Shown piece after piece: positions 26,497 through 40,030 of a stretch of DNA of 64,000 nt; the stretch's first letter is position 1; every line of letters begins with the position of its first letter. This DNA comes from Phoronis australis. Its lineage: Eukaryota > Animalia > Phoronida. Both the position numbers and the translations under genes were made by a program. The stretch is from NCBI GenBank assembly GCA_002633005.1, contig NMRA01000001.1:4628694-4692693 (forward strand). Reading direction: 5' to 3'. The notes beneath the pieces were generated by a model, which worked only from the letters and a program-made list of their open reading frames with translations, searched no databases and was not told the origin of the DNA.

Positions 26497-29344
26497 GTAA
26501 GAAACTACGGATACCTCACATGTAACTTGCGAGACACGTGAGGCTACGGAAATGTCCAGTACACAGACGCTTATGGTCCAGTCCCTCAAGAGTAGCTACT
26601 TTGCAAGTGTGATAGTGGTCGCTAATGCCATCCTGTTTATTTCACAAGACTCTAAGTAATTGGGTAACGACACGCATCCATAGGCTGCAGGAAAGTTTAT
26701 TTTCCGAACTCGAGCTCGAAATTATTTTTTCAGTTCCTGTTCTTTTCAAAAGAACACTGAGTACGAACACTGTGTTCTAATGTGGCGGAAGGCGAAGCCG
26801 TGTTGCTGGTAATACCATAAAAGTGTGATGAAAAGCACCCCCGTTTTGTGATTTTCTGTTTCGGGCTGAGGTGGGACACGTGCCCCCTTCCCTCCTCCAC
26901 CTCCGATACCTTCTTACGGCCCCGAAACTACAAAAAGAATGTCAGAAAACACAAGAAAAATAAGTTCAGACCTTATATCCGATAACAGTACGACATTATA
27001 CTCGAATATAAGCAAGTGGTCTAACATTCCAATGTAAGCCGGTGGCCGTGTAGCCTATTCTGGAACGTTCCATTATTGTGTTTGTAGGCGTGAAAAGTTA
27101 TTTTCTGAAAGCAGTTTCAGCGTAGAATCAAAACTGCAACAACCGCGCTAGCAGCCTTACCCTAGCTCTGGTAACTGAGCTAAAGCGCACTCGAAAAATG
27201 GCAAACGTACTAGAAAGATACACTTTCCTTTACCTCCAATTCAGAATACACGATGAGTTTCTTTAGCCGGATGATGTCATTTAAATATAAACATTCCATA
27301 ACTTTGAGCCCTTTTTGTCTTTGCCTTTTTTCACAATTATTTTTTTAAATGTTTTAAGAATGGGCGGGTTTTCCGCGGAAATCTCATTACGTATGGCGGC
27401 AGTTGAGTGAGCATCCATAATGCATGAGTCAGCTGTCACTCACTGCGGCGGCCATTTTAGGTTGTGTTGCACCACCAAAAATAAAAATTAATCTGACAAT
27501 TCATAATTATTAAATTCAGTTAAGTTTGAAAATATTTGAATTTATGTTGAATGAGCATTATTTGGGCTTAAGTTTCTACTCAACTAACTTGCGTTAAAAT
27601 CCGTTTTATGAAGTTTTTAACAAAAATGAAGCGGAAATAGAATCTTTAAGGGTATTTCACCAGTAAAGTCACAGACCTTGATTTCCTGTTTGTCTGGACA
27701 ACACTTCTCTGCAGCCATAGCTCCGTACGGTCTACTATTTCCTCTCAAACGGGAAGTCTCTCGTCAAGATTGTCATTCGCCACATAATAATTAGTACTTA
27801 AAAATTTGCCAGAAACTTGGTTGAGTTGAGCTCAACGCAGCGTTTTACTTCTCCAAGGGCAAAGAGATCATTGGTTAAATATATGTCCTTACCGTAAGGT
27901 TCTGCTATGGATGCAAACGAACTCCCCGTCCACTAGTCACATATATGTGTCCTCGTTTACGGTTCGGAGTTGCCTCGTATGATAATGTCCACGTTCTAGG
28001 CAAACGTGCAAGGGGAAGAATAGATAGACTGAAGAAAAATGCGGTTGGTCCATATAACATGTAAATATGCCAAGGAGGTCCTTTATGGTAAAAATAAAAA
28101 TGGTAGCGTAACTAAATCATCTCCGGTAATAAAATGCCAAATTGATCTGTAAAAATATGGTTTTAACCATATTTAAAAATACGGGAGAATAAATAAGGAA
28201 GACAAGTAGGCAGGTAAGGGAGTATCGTTTATTTCAAATGACAGGTAAGGTTCATGTACCACTGAGACAAGTAAAAAATTTAAACTTTGTCCAGAAACCG
28301 CGAAAAGCTTGTTCCACAATCCCGACATAGATACAAATGATGCTAAAATACCATGTCCGGTAATGGACCACACTGTATATTTAAAACGGTCCCGTATAAT
28401 TTCTGTCCCGTTGAATTATAAAAGAGATGTATTGCTTACGATACACTCAGATCTGTGAGCAACGTCAACAGTTCCGAGTTAGTTTCATTCGTATTTCTTC
28501 ATTTTATAGAGACTCCGAGCAGGCGCCTGTCACAGATGTGTGGGCTTGTGTTATTTAGCAGAACATAAAGCTATAATTCCGGAGGCTAATCTAATGCTGT
28601 TATATCGATCTAAATACTCACTTTTCACAACAATTTTCATTTCCTCATGCATACATGTATACATGTGTGTGTGTGTGTGCGTGCGTGCGTGTGTGTGTTT
28701 GTATCATCATAGTTTCGCATGCCAATTTCATGTGTGTATTGCGTTTGTCATGTCTGATGTGCTTTTTACTGTGAACTAGTAGTAAATGCAAGCCTGATTA
28801 CGAGATAGCCTACAACGTTTGTGTCTTGAAATATCGCTTTGTAAATTGTGTTACACACTGATATCTATAGGATTTTATTGCACTGTTGTGATGTTAACAC
28901 AAGATCTCTTTTAGAGAGTTTTAAAGAACCGAAATTAAACTCGTAAAAACTGAACAAAGTCGTGTCTTCAATGAAATATGCATACCAGAAAGATTACTGC
29001 CAAATTATAGTGATATACATATTCATATGTATATTAAATATATATTTAACTTCTGCTTAGAATCTAGTTCTCAACCATAAAATCGATACACCAAGCATCT
29101 AAATAACGCGCAATCTTTCAATCTTTTCAACTTGGTCCTACTAGTGACTGGCTGATTTAGGATGGCATGATTTCGTGCGGAACCATTACCATAACATCAC
29201 AGTTTTCAGGCAACTGAATGCAACATTTTCACAGTTGTGAATTCAAGCAACATTTTATTGTATTCGAGGGAGACAACATCTCACAGTGAAGGCCTAAATA
29301 AGTACACGCTTGGTTTCTTTTCAAAAGCCGTAGTAGACTGGTAA

Positions 29345-29548
<204 letters not shown>

Positions 29549-30352
29549 TGATATTAATGGAAAAACACTTCACAGCTAAGGAAGATACGTTTGCCTTTAA
29601 ATTCCATTTTGCAAGTGAAACGTTGAGTGCTTTACGCCTTCATAAAAACGGGCTCACTCTATACCCATTAAGCTAGACCGTCAGCCAGCAGCAGTATCAT
29701 ACGAGCCACAGATGTCCGTTTGATGACGTCGTGCCAGGTGTTTCTACCGTAGGCCTATGTGTACATAGATGAATTGCTGTAGGAAGTAACGAGTTCTTTT
29801 TTGAACTGAAGGTGGGATTTGTCAAAATGACATATTTGTATCAATTTAGTTCCCTGAGTAGTTGCCCTTTAAATGAGGGATTCAGCGATTGCGTAACTGC
29901 TGAGTTATTTGACGTGAGCGTGCAAACAGTGGCAAGGTCAGGTTTATGTCATTGAAGATATAAAAACAAAAATGCATTTTAATAAACTAATTCTTAGGAA
30001 ATCTAATAAGGGGGCGGTCGTCCACTAAACCTTTATATCTGTTTTTCAGTTATGCCCCGTGACCGTTATCAATAAACTAAAGTCTTGCAGCAACTGCTTT
30101 GACATAGATGAGCCAACTGATTTTGTCGATGGATTTTCTATTTCATATCTGACCGCAAATCACCGGCAATTTCTTAACATGGCAGAGAAGCTTCGCGCAA
30201 ACAATACTGTCTGTGTTACTATACTCCAAACCGCTAAGTCAGTTGGTCTCAGTCTCCTTGAGACGCAAATATTTTGACTAGTTATATAACTAAGGAATAT
30301 TATGGCGCCTGATTATTCCCGTTATTCCGGTGCGAAGCCAGTATGAGATTAG

Positions 30353-30652
<300 letters not shown>

Positions 30653-31669
30653 TAGACCCACTGACCTTTATCCGGAATAATTCCTTTTACAAGGTATTTT
30701 TTACCCAAGTTGTGTAATACACATATTGGCGCATTAAGCATATAAGCGCAGTTCCGCACAGAGGCCCGTGGGCCTAATGACGTGGCAATACGGTATAGAT
30801 GCAGATTGAACAGCCAGTTCATACCTAATGCTAGGCACAATGGTATGATGGTATGCGTCCCAAGCGAGTTAAAGCTACATATGCTCCACCCTCAAAACCT
30901 GGAATACATTTTTCTAGAGCTTTTATTGCAAGCCAGTTATCCTCGTAGTTATGAGACACGCTTGCACTATGAAGCGCGAACTCTGTGGATTGCGTTTGCA
31001 GCTTTATTGGCCTTCTCAAACATCGTTCTGCTGATAGCTTAAAAACTGTTTCAGCCCTGATCCAAATTTAGGTTGTTGCCGAAGATCCTGAACAGTAACT
31101 GAGCTCAAAGTACGATGTTCCATTTAGTTGCAACAAAGTGCAAACTTTTCTAACCGGTAAAAACCTAAAAAGACTAATATAGAGTTGCGTTTTGCAACAA
31201 CATCCTGAGTGACGCCTGCTGATTTGGGCCATGATTGTTGGGTCCCTAACTCAAGACGTGTTGCCACCGCTGCTCAGCACTGCATGTTCACCACTATAGA
31301 CTGCTGAATCTCAACAGCTGTTTTTTCTTGCCACAGCCGCCATAGAGCCGCAGTGCATTAGGTTGAGGAGAACAATCGAAAAAAATCGATTGATCTAATA
31401 ACACGGTTCCATTAACGATTTGAACATTATAATGTTTATCTAATCAATATACGCGAGAATGAAACGGTCATTCATATTTCATGAATTCTGGTGCCATATG
31501 AACTCACGTAATCACGAGAGCGACATGAAGCTGTCTAGAATCAGCCGGATGATGATGGTTGACAAAATGTGCGCACGGGCGAGCTCATCTCAAGGCCAAG
31601 GTGACGTGTCCATCATTGGTTCGGCACCGAGCATAATCGGGAGGAAGTGACATCACACGAGCTCGTGCT

Positions 31670-31774
31670 TAACCCTAACCCCAACCTGTCCGTCTCTAAC
31701 TCTTACGCTAAATCTAACCCTAACCCTAACCGTCCCTCACCCTAACACTAACCGTACTAACCCTAACCCTAACC
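31670..31774 (-). repeat. Short telomere-like (CCCTAA)n tract in calmodulin intron 4
   Basis: taaccctaaccccaacc...ctaaccctaaccctaacc...ctaaccctaaccctaacc. Confidence 0.85.
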
Positions 31775-32303
31775 TTCTATCTGAAATGACGTCATTTCCG
31801 TGTGTTGCCTGATCTGCACGATGTGTTATGTGGAACCTTGTGCGTTGACCCCGTTGACGTAATCAACCACCACGTCGCTGTTGTGAATTCTGTTCTCCAT
31901 CTGCTCTCATAGAGCGACTAGTGGATTCGAAGTTGGCAGCCTTTACCCGCAGTCGTCATGGTTGGTCTTCTCCCAATGCGTCAATTACGCTTTCAATTTG
32001 TTTTGGACTTCTTAGGGTTGACGAGTTTCATAACATAATTTTGTTTTGAAGTTTTAAGTTACTAGTCGCAGTAATCAGTCAACTAGTTAAAACAACCACT
32101 AGTAAACCAAATAAAAATTTAAATAACTGTTTTAAAATAAACAGAGTTTTGTGTCTTTTAAATCTAACAACTTAAATCTTTGGGTACGTGTTTTTATCGC
32201 TTACTTTGCTAAGCAGACAATTCTCGAGTATTTGTTACAATGTTCGCTGTTTAGTGTGTGAAAGACAGAAATGTCAATGATTCATTCTTCATTTGTTTTC
32301 CAG

Positions 32304-32332
32304 AGTTCGTGAAGATGATGACGTCAAAATAA
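32304..32332 (+). CDS. CaM: Calmodulin exon 5 (EFVKMMTSK, stop)
   Basis: ttttccag|AGTTCGTGAAGATGATGACGTCAAAATAA. Exon sum 3+31+144+243+29 = 450 nt = 149 aa + stop. Confidence 0.97.
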
Positions 32333-32980
32333 AAGAAGCGTCGCCTTTTGTAATTTATGTACATTCCGTTTATGTAGAATTGTAAATAACACAGAAAACA
32401 TGACCTTGAACTGTAGATTTCTTTTAAATGTATTTGTGTCCGTGGTGATGTGTGTTTGTGTGTCAGTGATAATTTAACATTACGTTTGACATTTGTTTGT
32501 TTCTATTTCATTCTTAAGGGCACAGTTGTATAAAAGTTACACACGGTATAGCCACAATGACGTCGCGTTATCACGCACCAAGTTGCTATTGTTGAACAAT
32601 GCACCTGACGTCATGCAACAATCAAACTTATCCAGCGGATAATTTTGAAGTTTTATGCAATCGAGCCCTGAAGACATGACAAGAACGAAGCCAGAGCTGT
32701 AACTATGTATTGATTTTCCGAGCGTTAACGTTTTGATTGATGAATGCCTATGTAGTCTCTAACTCAATTTTCATTCATCATTTTAAGAAATCGCTTGAAT
32801 ATCAGTCTCGATAATCAGGCCAACCTAGTTATGCTATTACTTAGTTTTATTAATTCCATTAGATTGCAGTGTGCCCCATTTATTTATGACGCTTGTGTAT
32901 AAATTAATGCGATAGTTTTTCATTAACAAAATTCTCCCTCCCAAGATATATGAATATAAGTCTACTGCTGCTAACGGGAA

Positions 32981-33105
32981 CGCACGCGGGCTCGAACGCG
33001 AGTACGCACACTCGCACGCACGCGGGCTCGAACGCGAGTACGTACACACGCACGCACGCACGCGGGCTCGAACGCGAGTACGCTCACAAGCACGCACACA
33101 CACGC
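32981..33105. repeat. Three-copy CpG-rich minisatellite
   Basis: cgcacgcgggctcgaacgcgagtacg occurs three times, separated by CA/CGCA microsatellite spacers. Confidence 0.9.
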
Positions 33106-33414
33106 AAATGACCTGTTCGAATAAGTAAAAATCACGATTACGAGAAGAAAAGAGGGCAGTGTGCTCATCCTGCACCCGTGCCCTCTACATAAAATGGAGG
33201 GCTTCAGTGACTATGAAATGCCTAGCACAGATCTTTTTCGTTTCCCCATGGAAAATGACTCATCAATGAAAATATTTTCCTCGTTTAGCAGTCTCATTTG
33301 CGCTAACTGATCTGTTGTTTTAAGGTTAACAGTCTGTCTCTACTTGAATATCTCTTTTAGGCCTATTTGTGATATCGAATGTCAAGTTTGCAGCTACCAA
33401 ATTTAGGTTCCTAC

Positions 33415-34675
33415 TATGGCGTGTTATGTGTTGCAAAATTCAATGTTCAAAAAATTAGTTTTGATGCAATTATATGTATTCGATATCCTATATTTATATT
33501 TGATCTACTTATATTTATATTTGATCTTTCTAAAATTTCTATTTGATCTTCTTATATTTATATTTGATCTAATATTCAATGTTATCTACATTTATGTTTC
33601 ATAAGATTATATGTATTCAATGTTCATTACAATTGTATTCCATGTTTTGAAAATTTCTGTTCGATGTTCATATATGTATTCGATAATGTCAAGTTTTCGT
33701 TCGATGTCTTCCGGTTATATTCGATAATGGAACTCTGGGTAAATTGGAACGACGGCCGTGATTGGTCAGCTATGTTGAGACGTTATTTACCCGTGTTCAC
33801 AAATATCGATGAAATGGGCTAAAACGAGGAAGCAACTGGAGAGTAGAGTAGATGAGGGCGAAGCCCACAGACAGCTTCGCGAGATCGGAGGATCTCGCCT
33901 TCTGTCCTTGCTGTGGTTGGTGTGGACGCGGATCGAGGGCAGGACCTGGTAGGCCGATGGTGGTAGAGGTGGTGTGCTTGATCTTCTTCTGGAGACGAGA
34001 CGCTGGCTGGATGGCAACAGCGTTATTGACAGCGTAGAGGTGAAGCTGGCTTGTTGGCAACAGCTTAGAGTTTGATTCGCATGAAGCCGGCTTGTTGGCA
34101 ACAGCTGTCATGCTACTGATTGCTTGTCTTTATACTGCCCCGTCGGGACAGTTTTTTTTCCGTTGTCTTTATACTGCCCCCACGCCCCTTCGGAACAGTT
34201 ACCAGTGGCACAGGGCCCGAACCCTTAGTGCTCCGGTAGCAGGTTGTCACGAAATTTGGTTGTGTTTATACTGCCCCGTCGCCCCTTCGGAACAGTTACC
34301 AGTAGCGCAGGGCCCGAACCCTTAGTGCTCCGGTACATGGTTGTCACGACAGGAAGCAACTCTTCTTCGGTAGCCGCCATTTATTTAATTCCAGGAACCA
34401 ATCAGGGACGTCGTTTCACAATACCCACAATTCCGTTATTGAACATATCAAAAGAAACATCGAACACATATAACGAAACATCGAACATATAAAACGAAAC
34501 ATCGAACATATATACTAAGTTATCGCTCATAAGTATTTTCATTATGGAATACAAATATTTTGACATCAAGTGTACAAACTATAAGATCAAATATAAATAT
34601 AAGGTATCGAATACACATAATTACATCAAACCTAAGTTTTTGAACATTGAATTTTGCAACACATAACACGCCATA
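33415..34675. mobile_element. Non-autonomous DNA transposon with long TIRs and 6-bp TSD (IS3EU-like)
   Basis: TATGGCGTGTTATGTGTTGCAAAATTCAATGTTCAAAAA ... TTTTTGAACATTGAATTTTGCAACACATAACACGCCATA. TCCTAC is duplicated at 33409-33414 and 34676-34681. Imperfect inverted similarity extends about 300 bp inward. Confidence 0.9.
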
Positions 34676-35211
34676 TCCTACTAATTGATTGTCTACTTTC
34701 TGACTCCATTGAATATTCTACTTATTTGCAAATCTAGTTTAATTTATTTAAGGCTCTGTGCAGTGCCAGGAAATGATTATTTTGGTTTTCATTCAGGCCA
34801 CTTGAAAATAAGTGACAGTTCGTTGTTTATTGGGAACAAGCTCATGAAATTTCAGGTCACATTTGAAGGAGCCTAGAGGTTACTTCTAAACCCAGAAAAA
34901 CAAAGAAGACAAGGCCAATTTTATCACGGCAAGCAGTCTTAATCAAAACTTTTTTGACAAAAAGCACGCGTTTAATGTTGCTTTAATCATAACTTCACAT
35001 TGTGCTTCCCTTTCCGATAAAAATATGGTACAAATTTGTGCCTCAACACTACAAAATGAACTAAAATAGCTAGAAACACAAAGCTATGTTTCGTGTTGAT
35101 AATTAGGAGTCATTGTGTTATTAGTAAAAAACTTTAATGACATACTATAGTAATACTGTATGAGACGTGATTTTGAGTGGAGCGGCAGTTGCTGTTGGAG
35201 ATCGAGTTGTA

Positions 35212-35479
35212 CATGCGCACACCCAGCCTTCAATATGGGGGGCTCGAATTCTTGACGTTGTAGACCTTTTGCAAACAAAAGAGCGGGTGGACTAAAAAAT
35301 TTAAAAAAAAAAACAAAAAACGGGAGCACCACTGTGAAGTGCGCGTTTGAGATTATTTAGTGGACTTTTGTCCCATTTTCTCGGACTTTTTGTCTCTCAA
35401 GGTCGGACCTTTTTGCCCACTTCGCCAAATGGGGGGCTCCAAGGAGCCCCACGAATCCCCCCACCTGGGTGCGCGCATG
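35212..35479. mobile_element. MITE with CATG termini and 5-bp TSD (hAT5-like)
   Basis: CATGCGCACACCCAG...CTGGGTGCGCGCATG with flanks ttgta/ttata. Interior is the reverse complement of the element at 54524-54720. Confidence 0.8.
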
Positions 35480-35814
35480 TTATACATGGCAATGTTGCGT
35501 TATGGCACTCTACAATTTGTAAGTTAAGTGAATATCTTTCTATTACATCACGGAAAGGCCTTGTCTGAGTACATTTGCTAAGCTTTTAAATTTTGAAATG
35601 AATTTGAAATTATTAAGACAGATTGCAACTGTGTGTCTCCTTATTACTAAAGGCGAAGTTGTTGTAGATAACGATATTTATTTGAGGTCGCCTGAGACGC
35701 GCAAAGTCGTTCGTCTTTTGATTTCGACGAAACTCCAAGTATGGTGTAGACGTAGTTTTAGCGCGCTGTGGTTTAACATGAAAACAGGCAAACGAAGCAA
35801 TTACATCTATTTAA

Positions 35815-36058
35815 AGGGACGTTACTGGTTTATTGTTGGATGGGATAGACTTCTCGAAGTTTCAACTTTGACCGGAGCTATAAAACTGCACAATCCGTTG
35901 TGTTCTTGTGATTTTATTACAAATCGCCGACTCTCGCAAGACATTTTGTGGAACCAAGGCCGGTGTCTTTACCATTTGAATACCCTTAAAAATTCTGCCA
36001 ACAGAACGTTTGGCTGCGACCGCGGAGGTTGCAGGTTCCATTCCGCGATAATGTCCCT
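35815..36058. mobile_element. Kolobok-like non-autonomous element with TTAA TSD (related ends at about 8069, 24340 and 40950-40995)
   Basis: TTAA|AGGGACGTTAC ... GATAATGTCCCT|TTAA. The subterminal motif ttattgttgg...gataga is shared with the copies at 8069 and 24340. Confidence 0.8.
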
Positions 36059-36299
36059 TTAATATTGAATCTGCGGTCTTTTGTAAATTGTTGAGTAACT
36101 TCTACTTCCGTAAATATGCTCTTTGTTGTGATAATTTGTTACTGGTCTATTTTATAGTTTCACTGACAGGACAATACAGGTCAGACAGAAAACCAATACA
36201 CTTATATGTAATGCAAATGAGATTAAAGGAATAAATATGTTCCATGCGAAAATATGTTTTGTCACTGAAGGGCCCATCACAGCCACACCCATATATGAA

Positions 36300-36537
36300 G
36301 GTAGATCTGACCCCGGACACATACATTGGATGTTGGTCTGACCATGGACACGCTCATAAATGTATGTCGGGCTGACCACGAGCACATACATACATGAATG
36401 TAGGTCTGACCACAGACACACACATACATGAATGTAGGTCTGACCACGGACACAAGCCCGTAAATGCACTTCGGGCTGACCACGAGCACACACATACACG
36501 AATGTAGGGCTGACCACAGACACACACATACATGAAT
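36300..36537. repeat. Minisatellite, unit about 32-36 bp
   Basis: About 7 copies resembling ggtctgaccacagacacacatacatgaatgta. Explains the three overlapping minus-strand ORFs. Confidence 0.9.
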
Positions 36538-36805
36538 TCGGTGACATTCGCTTTGGCGTCCATTTTTTGTCACACCAACAAAACTTCAAAGTGACATAGA
36601 ACGTGAAAGCAGTCAGTATACAAAGTAGTTCTTTGCGACTGAGACAGACATCAAACTGTTCGTAAAGCTCTATGTTCCTGAGATAAGACGAAACTTATAA
36701 TACCAGAAATCAGGATGCCGTAACAGTTGTTCGCAAAGAACGCAGCTCAAATTCAGATGTAATGTGACCAAGAAAGTATCGCGGGCCATACCAGTGAAAA
36801 TGTTG

Positions 36806-37813
36806 CGCGTAATTACGACCGAGACTTCGCTCGTATTTTACGACCGAAATCGTTACATCGAATGAGAAATTGGTTTGTGAGCTCTGAAGCAGTTGTGCGC
36901 TCGTAATTTTACGTCAATCTTTTGCTCGTAGTTTTACGTTCATAATTTTACGCTCGTATTTTCGCTCGTAAATTTACCTTCGTAATTTAACGCTCGTATT
37001 TTTCACATGTTATGAAGTATTCAGAAAGTAAAATATCAGGTGCAAAGTATAAAAGGTTGAAAATATCAAGAAGTGACTGAAATGTTTTTACTTGCTGCCT
37101 TAACCATCTCAGAAAGTGGCCCGTTCTAGTACATACTGACGTGCCAAAATGTATATCCAGCAGGTTGTCTGACAATGCTTTTATATGATTTGTTAAAATA
37201 ACCATGCTTTTTCATTTATTTAGGCCAAGTTTCATTCTTATACTCTTAACAATAGGAGGAGGCAGTGTGACCTAGTGTGATAAGTGTCCGCTTTCTTTAC
37301 TCGAGGTTGTGGGTTCGACTCCCACCGGGGCACACTGCTAAACACTTGTGTCAGGTTTTTAGCTCCTCAGCTCGGTTTTAACCATATATTAATAAAGCAT
37401 AAACATGGTTCCAGGTGATCAAGCGGCGCTGCGCACGTCTCGTACAACGTGTATCAGACTGACCACCTGCAATTATTTCTTTTACTTTTAACAATGCGTG
37501 CAGATGACACATGACATGGCAAAAAATTGGTTCAAAACGGTTTTAGGGGGTTATGTAGTAAAATTTTTAAATGTTGTTAGTATTCAAGACATTTGAATAA
37601 CAAATCTTTTGCAAAACAAAAACGATATCAACTGCGTATTAATTTAATAGGTGGACACGTACTTAAGTATAATGACTATAATACTTGCTAAAATTATGAG
37701 CGAAAAATACAACCTTAAAACTTTAGAGTTCACGTGACCTGCAAACCAATTTCTTATTGGATATGGCGATTTCGGTCGTAAAACACGAGCGAAGTCTTGG
37801 TCGTAATCACGAG
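36806..37813. mobile_element. TIR element about 1 kb with about 75-bp inverted arms, hosting a SINE-like insertion
   Basis: aattacgaccgagacttcgctcgtattttacgaccgaaatcg...gaaattggtttg is mirrored by caaaccaatttc...cgatttcggtcgtaaaacacgagcgaagtcttggtcgtaat. Internal gctcgtaattttac subrepeats. True termini unclear. Confidence 0.75.
37255..37405 (+). mobile_element. tRNA-derived SINE head (Pol III A and B boxes)
   Basis: A-box-like TGACCTAGTGTG at about 37268, B box GGTTCGACTCC at 37312-37322 within a T-arm stem gtggg/cccac. No canonical acceptor or anticodon stem. Confidence 0.65.
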
Positions 37814-38134
37814 TGTAAATTGTGGACGAGCTTATAAAATTTAAAACCGCCGTTGGTCGCCGCAGCCCTGACCTACGCCCTAAATATTGTCCCTGCTTGA
37901 GAAGGAGTTTTTACTTAGATTCCAGAATCACGATTGGCAGTAATTGGAACTGAGCTCATTAGTAAACGATGTATCAATGTTTTAATAGCTATTCAACACT
38001 TGCACACCCTTAATGGTTACAAAATGGACACAGATAAATAATACTTTATTCATGTCAGTTCCGACTCATTAGATGACAATAAGAGTAATGAACTGTCGGA
38101 ATCCTGGTTTCGGAATTGTGAACGTTTGAAGTAA

Positions 38135-38207
38135 GGAACTTTCGAAGGTAACCTTCGGAGTACTGAACCTTCGGAGTACTGAACCTTCGGAATAGTGGCA
38201 TGTAACC
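38135..38207. repeat. Short tandem repeat (gaaccttcggagtact), 16-bp unit
   Basis: aaccttcggagtactgaaccttcggagtactgaaccttcggaatagt; probably a transposon subterminal repeat. Confidence 0.75.
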
Positions 38208-40030
38208 CTGGAAACATTCTCATTGAAGTAAGTTGTTGCTCGTATGAAATCTGCGAGGCTGTGCACCATTTACAGCACTTGTACTGAGTACGAGTAGCTG
38301 CAACAATTTTGTTGCTGTTGTGCATCTATATCCTAACTTTAACGGAGAGGCTGGGGCTGGATCTTTTCCGCGAGGGGGGAGTCGATCGAATCCTCCAAAC
38401 CCCGCCCCCCTGGCTACGGACCTGGGCGGTTGACATCAACCCTTCCGTCATTTCCATGCACGTCAGGCTTTCACCGTTCCGGACCAAGTTACGTGTTGTC
38501 CCCAACCCACGCGCTCTCTGGTAGTCTTCTAGCTTCACGGTAGACCCGCCGCCACATTGAAGAAAATAACTCAGTGTACAGTGCGATCTTAATTACTTCA
38601 GATTTCAATGATCTCAGCCAGTGAGGTGCTTGGATTACTGACAACTTAAACAGTGCCTTTTCAGACCACGTTTGGAAACAAGGTCATTTACGTGGACACG
38701 ATGACTAGGAGCATGCTCACGCCTGACGCGAAGCTTGCGTTCGCATTTTTTAACCAAATGGCGTTTGTCGATTGTTTTAAAAAACTGCCTTATGACAGCA
38801 AAACCTGGTGTCTTGCCAGATATAATCGAGTCCTGTGTCTATCCCAGCATCTCCTAGAAGTAAAATCTATCCATAACGTTTTGAGTAAAAACCCGGAAGC
38901 TGACTGACCGAACGAGTGGTCGACATGCGATGGAAGCCCAAACATAGACTGCTTCCATGATGAATTGCTTAGCGGTTGTAATCATATAATAAAACATTAT
39001 TGATTTTCACACTCCGTCGGTCAGTATGTTGGTTTTCAAACCCAAAAATACGACAGCCGGGTGACCGAGGAGATGCCAAGGTCCGGATCACATTTTTCGG
39101 GTCTAAAAGCTACCATAATCACCTAGGTGAAAGTCAATATAAATAACTGTGACTTGTCTACAGACCCCGTAGTCGAGTAAACTATGTTAGCAATAGGGGA
39201 CGCCACCATCACTGATCGATTTCATCACCTGTTGCTTGAATACACTGATGCCCCCATCTCTTCACCGAGCTGATTAACACTAACACAATCATGGCTGATA
39301 TAGCGAGTGCTGTTGATAAAATGGAAGAGAAGACACAATGCGAGCCATTGATGGGTTCTGGTAAGTAAGTTACCAGTTCAGTAACCTTTTTGCTCGTGCG
39401 CGCCATCTTTAGTATTACAGTTTTGCCTTTATCTTCAATGACACTGTATCAAGACTAAGGTTTTGCATACTAAACGCCGTAGGCTAAGTTGCAAATGATA
39501 AACCATGAAAGTTAACCATACGGAGACCATAAATTACGTTTCAAAGCTTTTCATATTGAAAATAAGTCCCCAAATAGATTTTTCAGGGCAAAACGTGACA
39601 ATGCTATCGATATCACGGCGCAGTTGACTGGGAATTATTTCAGCTATTAATCCATACAGTCGCAGGCGTTCTCTAAATAGATAGAAAAACCTTGCGGGTG
39701 ATTTATTTGAGTTAAACAGTTTATTTCCGTGTTGAGACCGAGAGAAGGATGTACATGCTAAGAAGCACCGTACTAGTTTCTGTTTATCCGACGCTTGGGC
39801 CCCAATTCTGTGACAGTTATGCACTATGGCCTGAGCATAATTTTTGATCGTTTGACAGCATCGTCAGGACAACAGAAGTTTGTTGACCTCTCCCAATGAA
39901 AGTCTAACACGCATGCGTCCGTCAGCTCTCTTTTTGGATGGCCAATAAACACGAAATCCATTCTTTCGTTCAGTACCGCGATTTGTTCAGATCATGGTTT
40001 AATAAAAAAATGGATTGACAAGGACCCTAC

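Noticed and set aside
32981-33105. CRISPR-like array (three identical repeats with a small hairpin and variable spacers)
   Set aside because: The spacers are short CA/CGCA microsatellite, the context is eukaryotic and there are no cas genes.
34133-34159. Rho-independent-terminator-like hairpin followed by T8
   Set aside because: It lies inside a eukaryotic transposon, the stem is bulged, and there is no bacterial gene context.
37255-37335. Functional tRNA gene
   Set aside because: The acceptor and anticodon stems do not pair canonically; treated as a SINE head.
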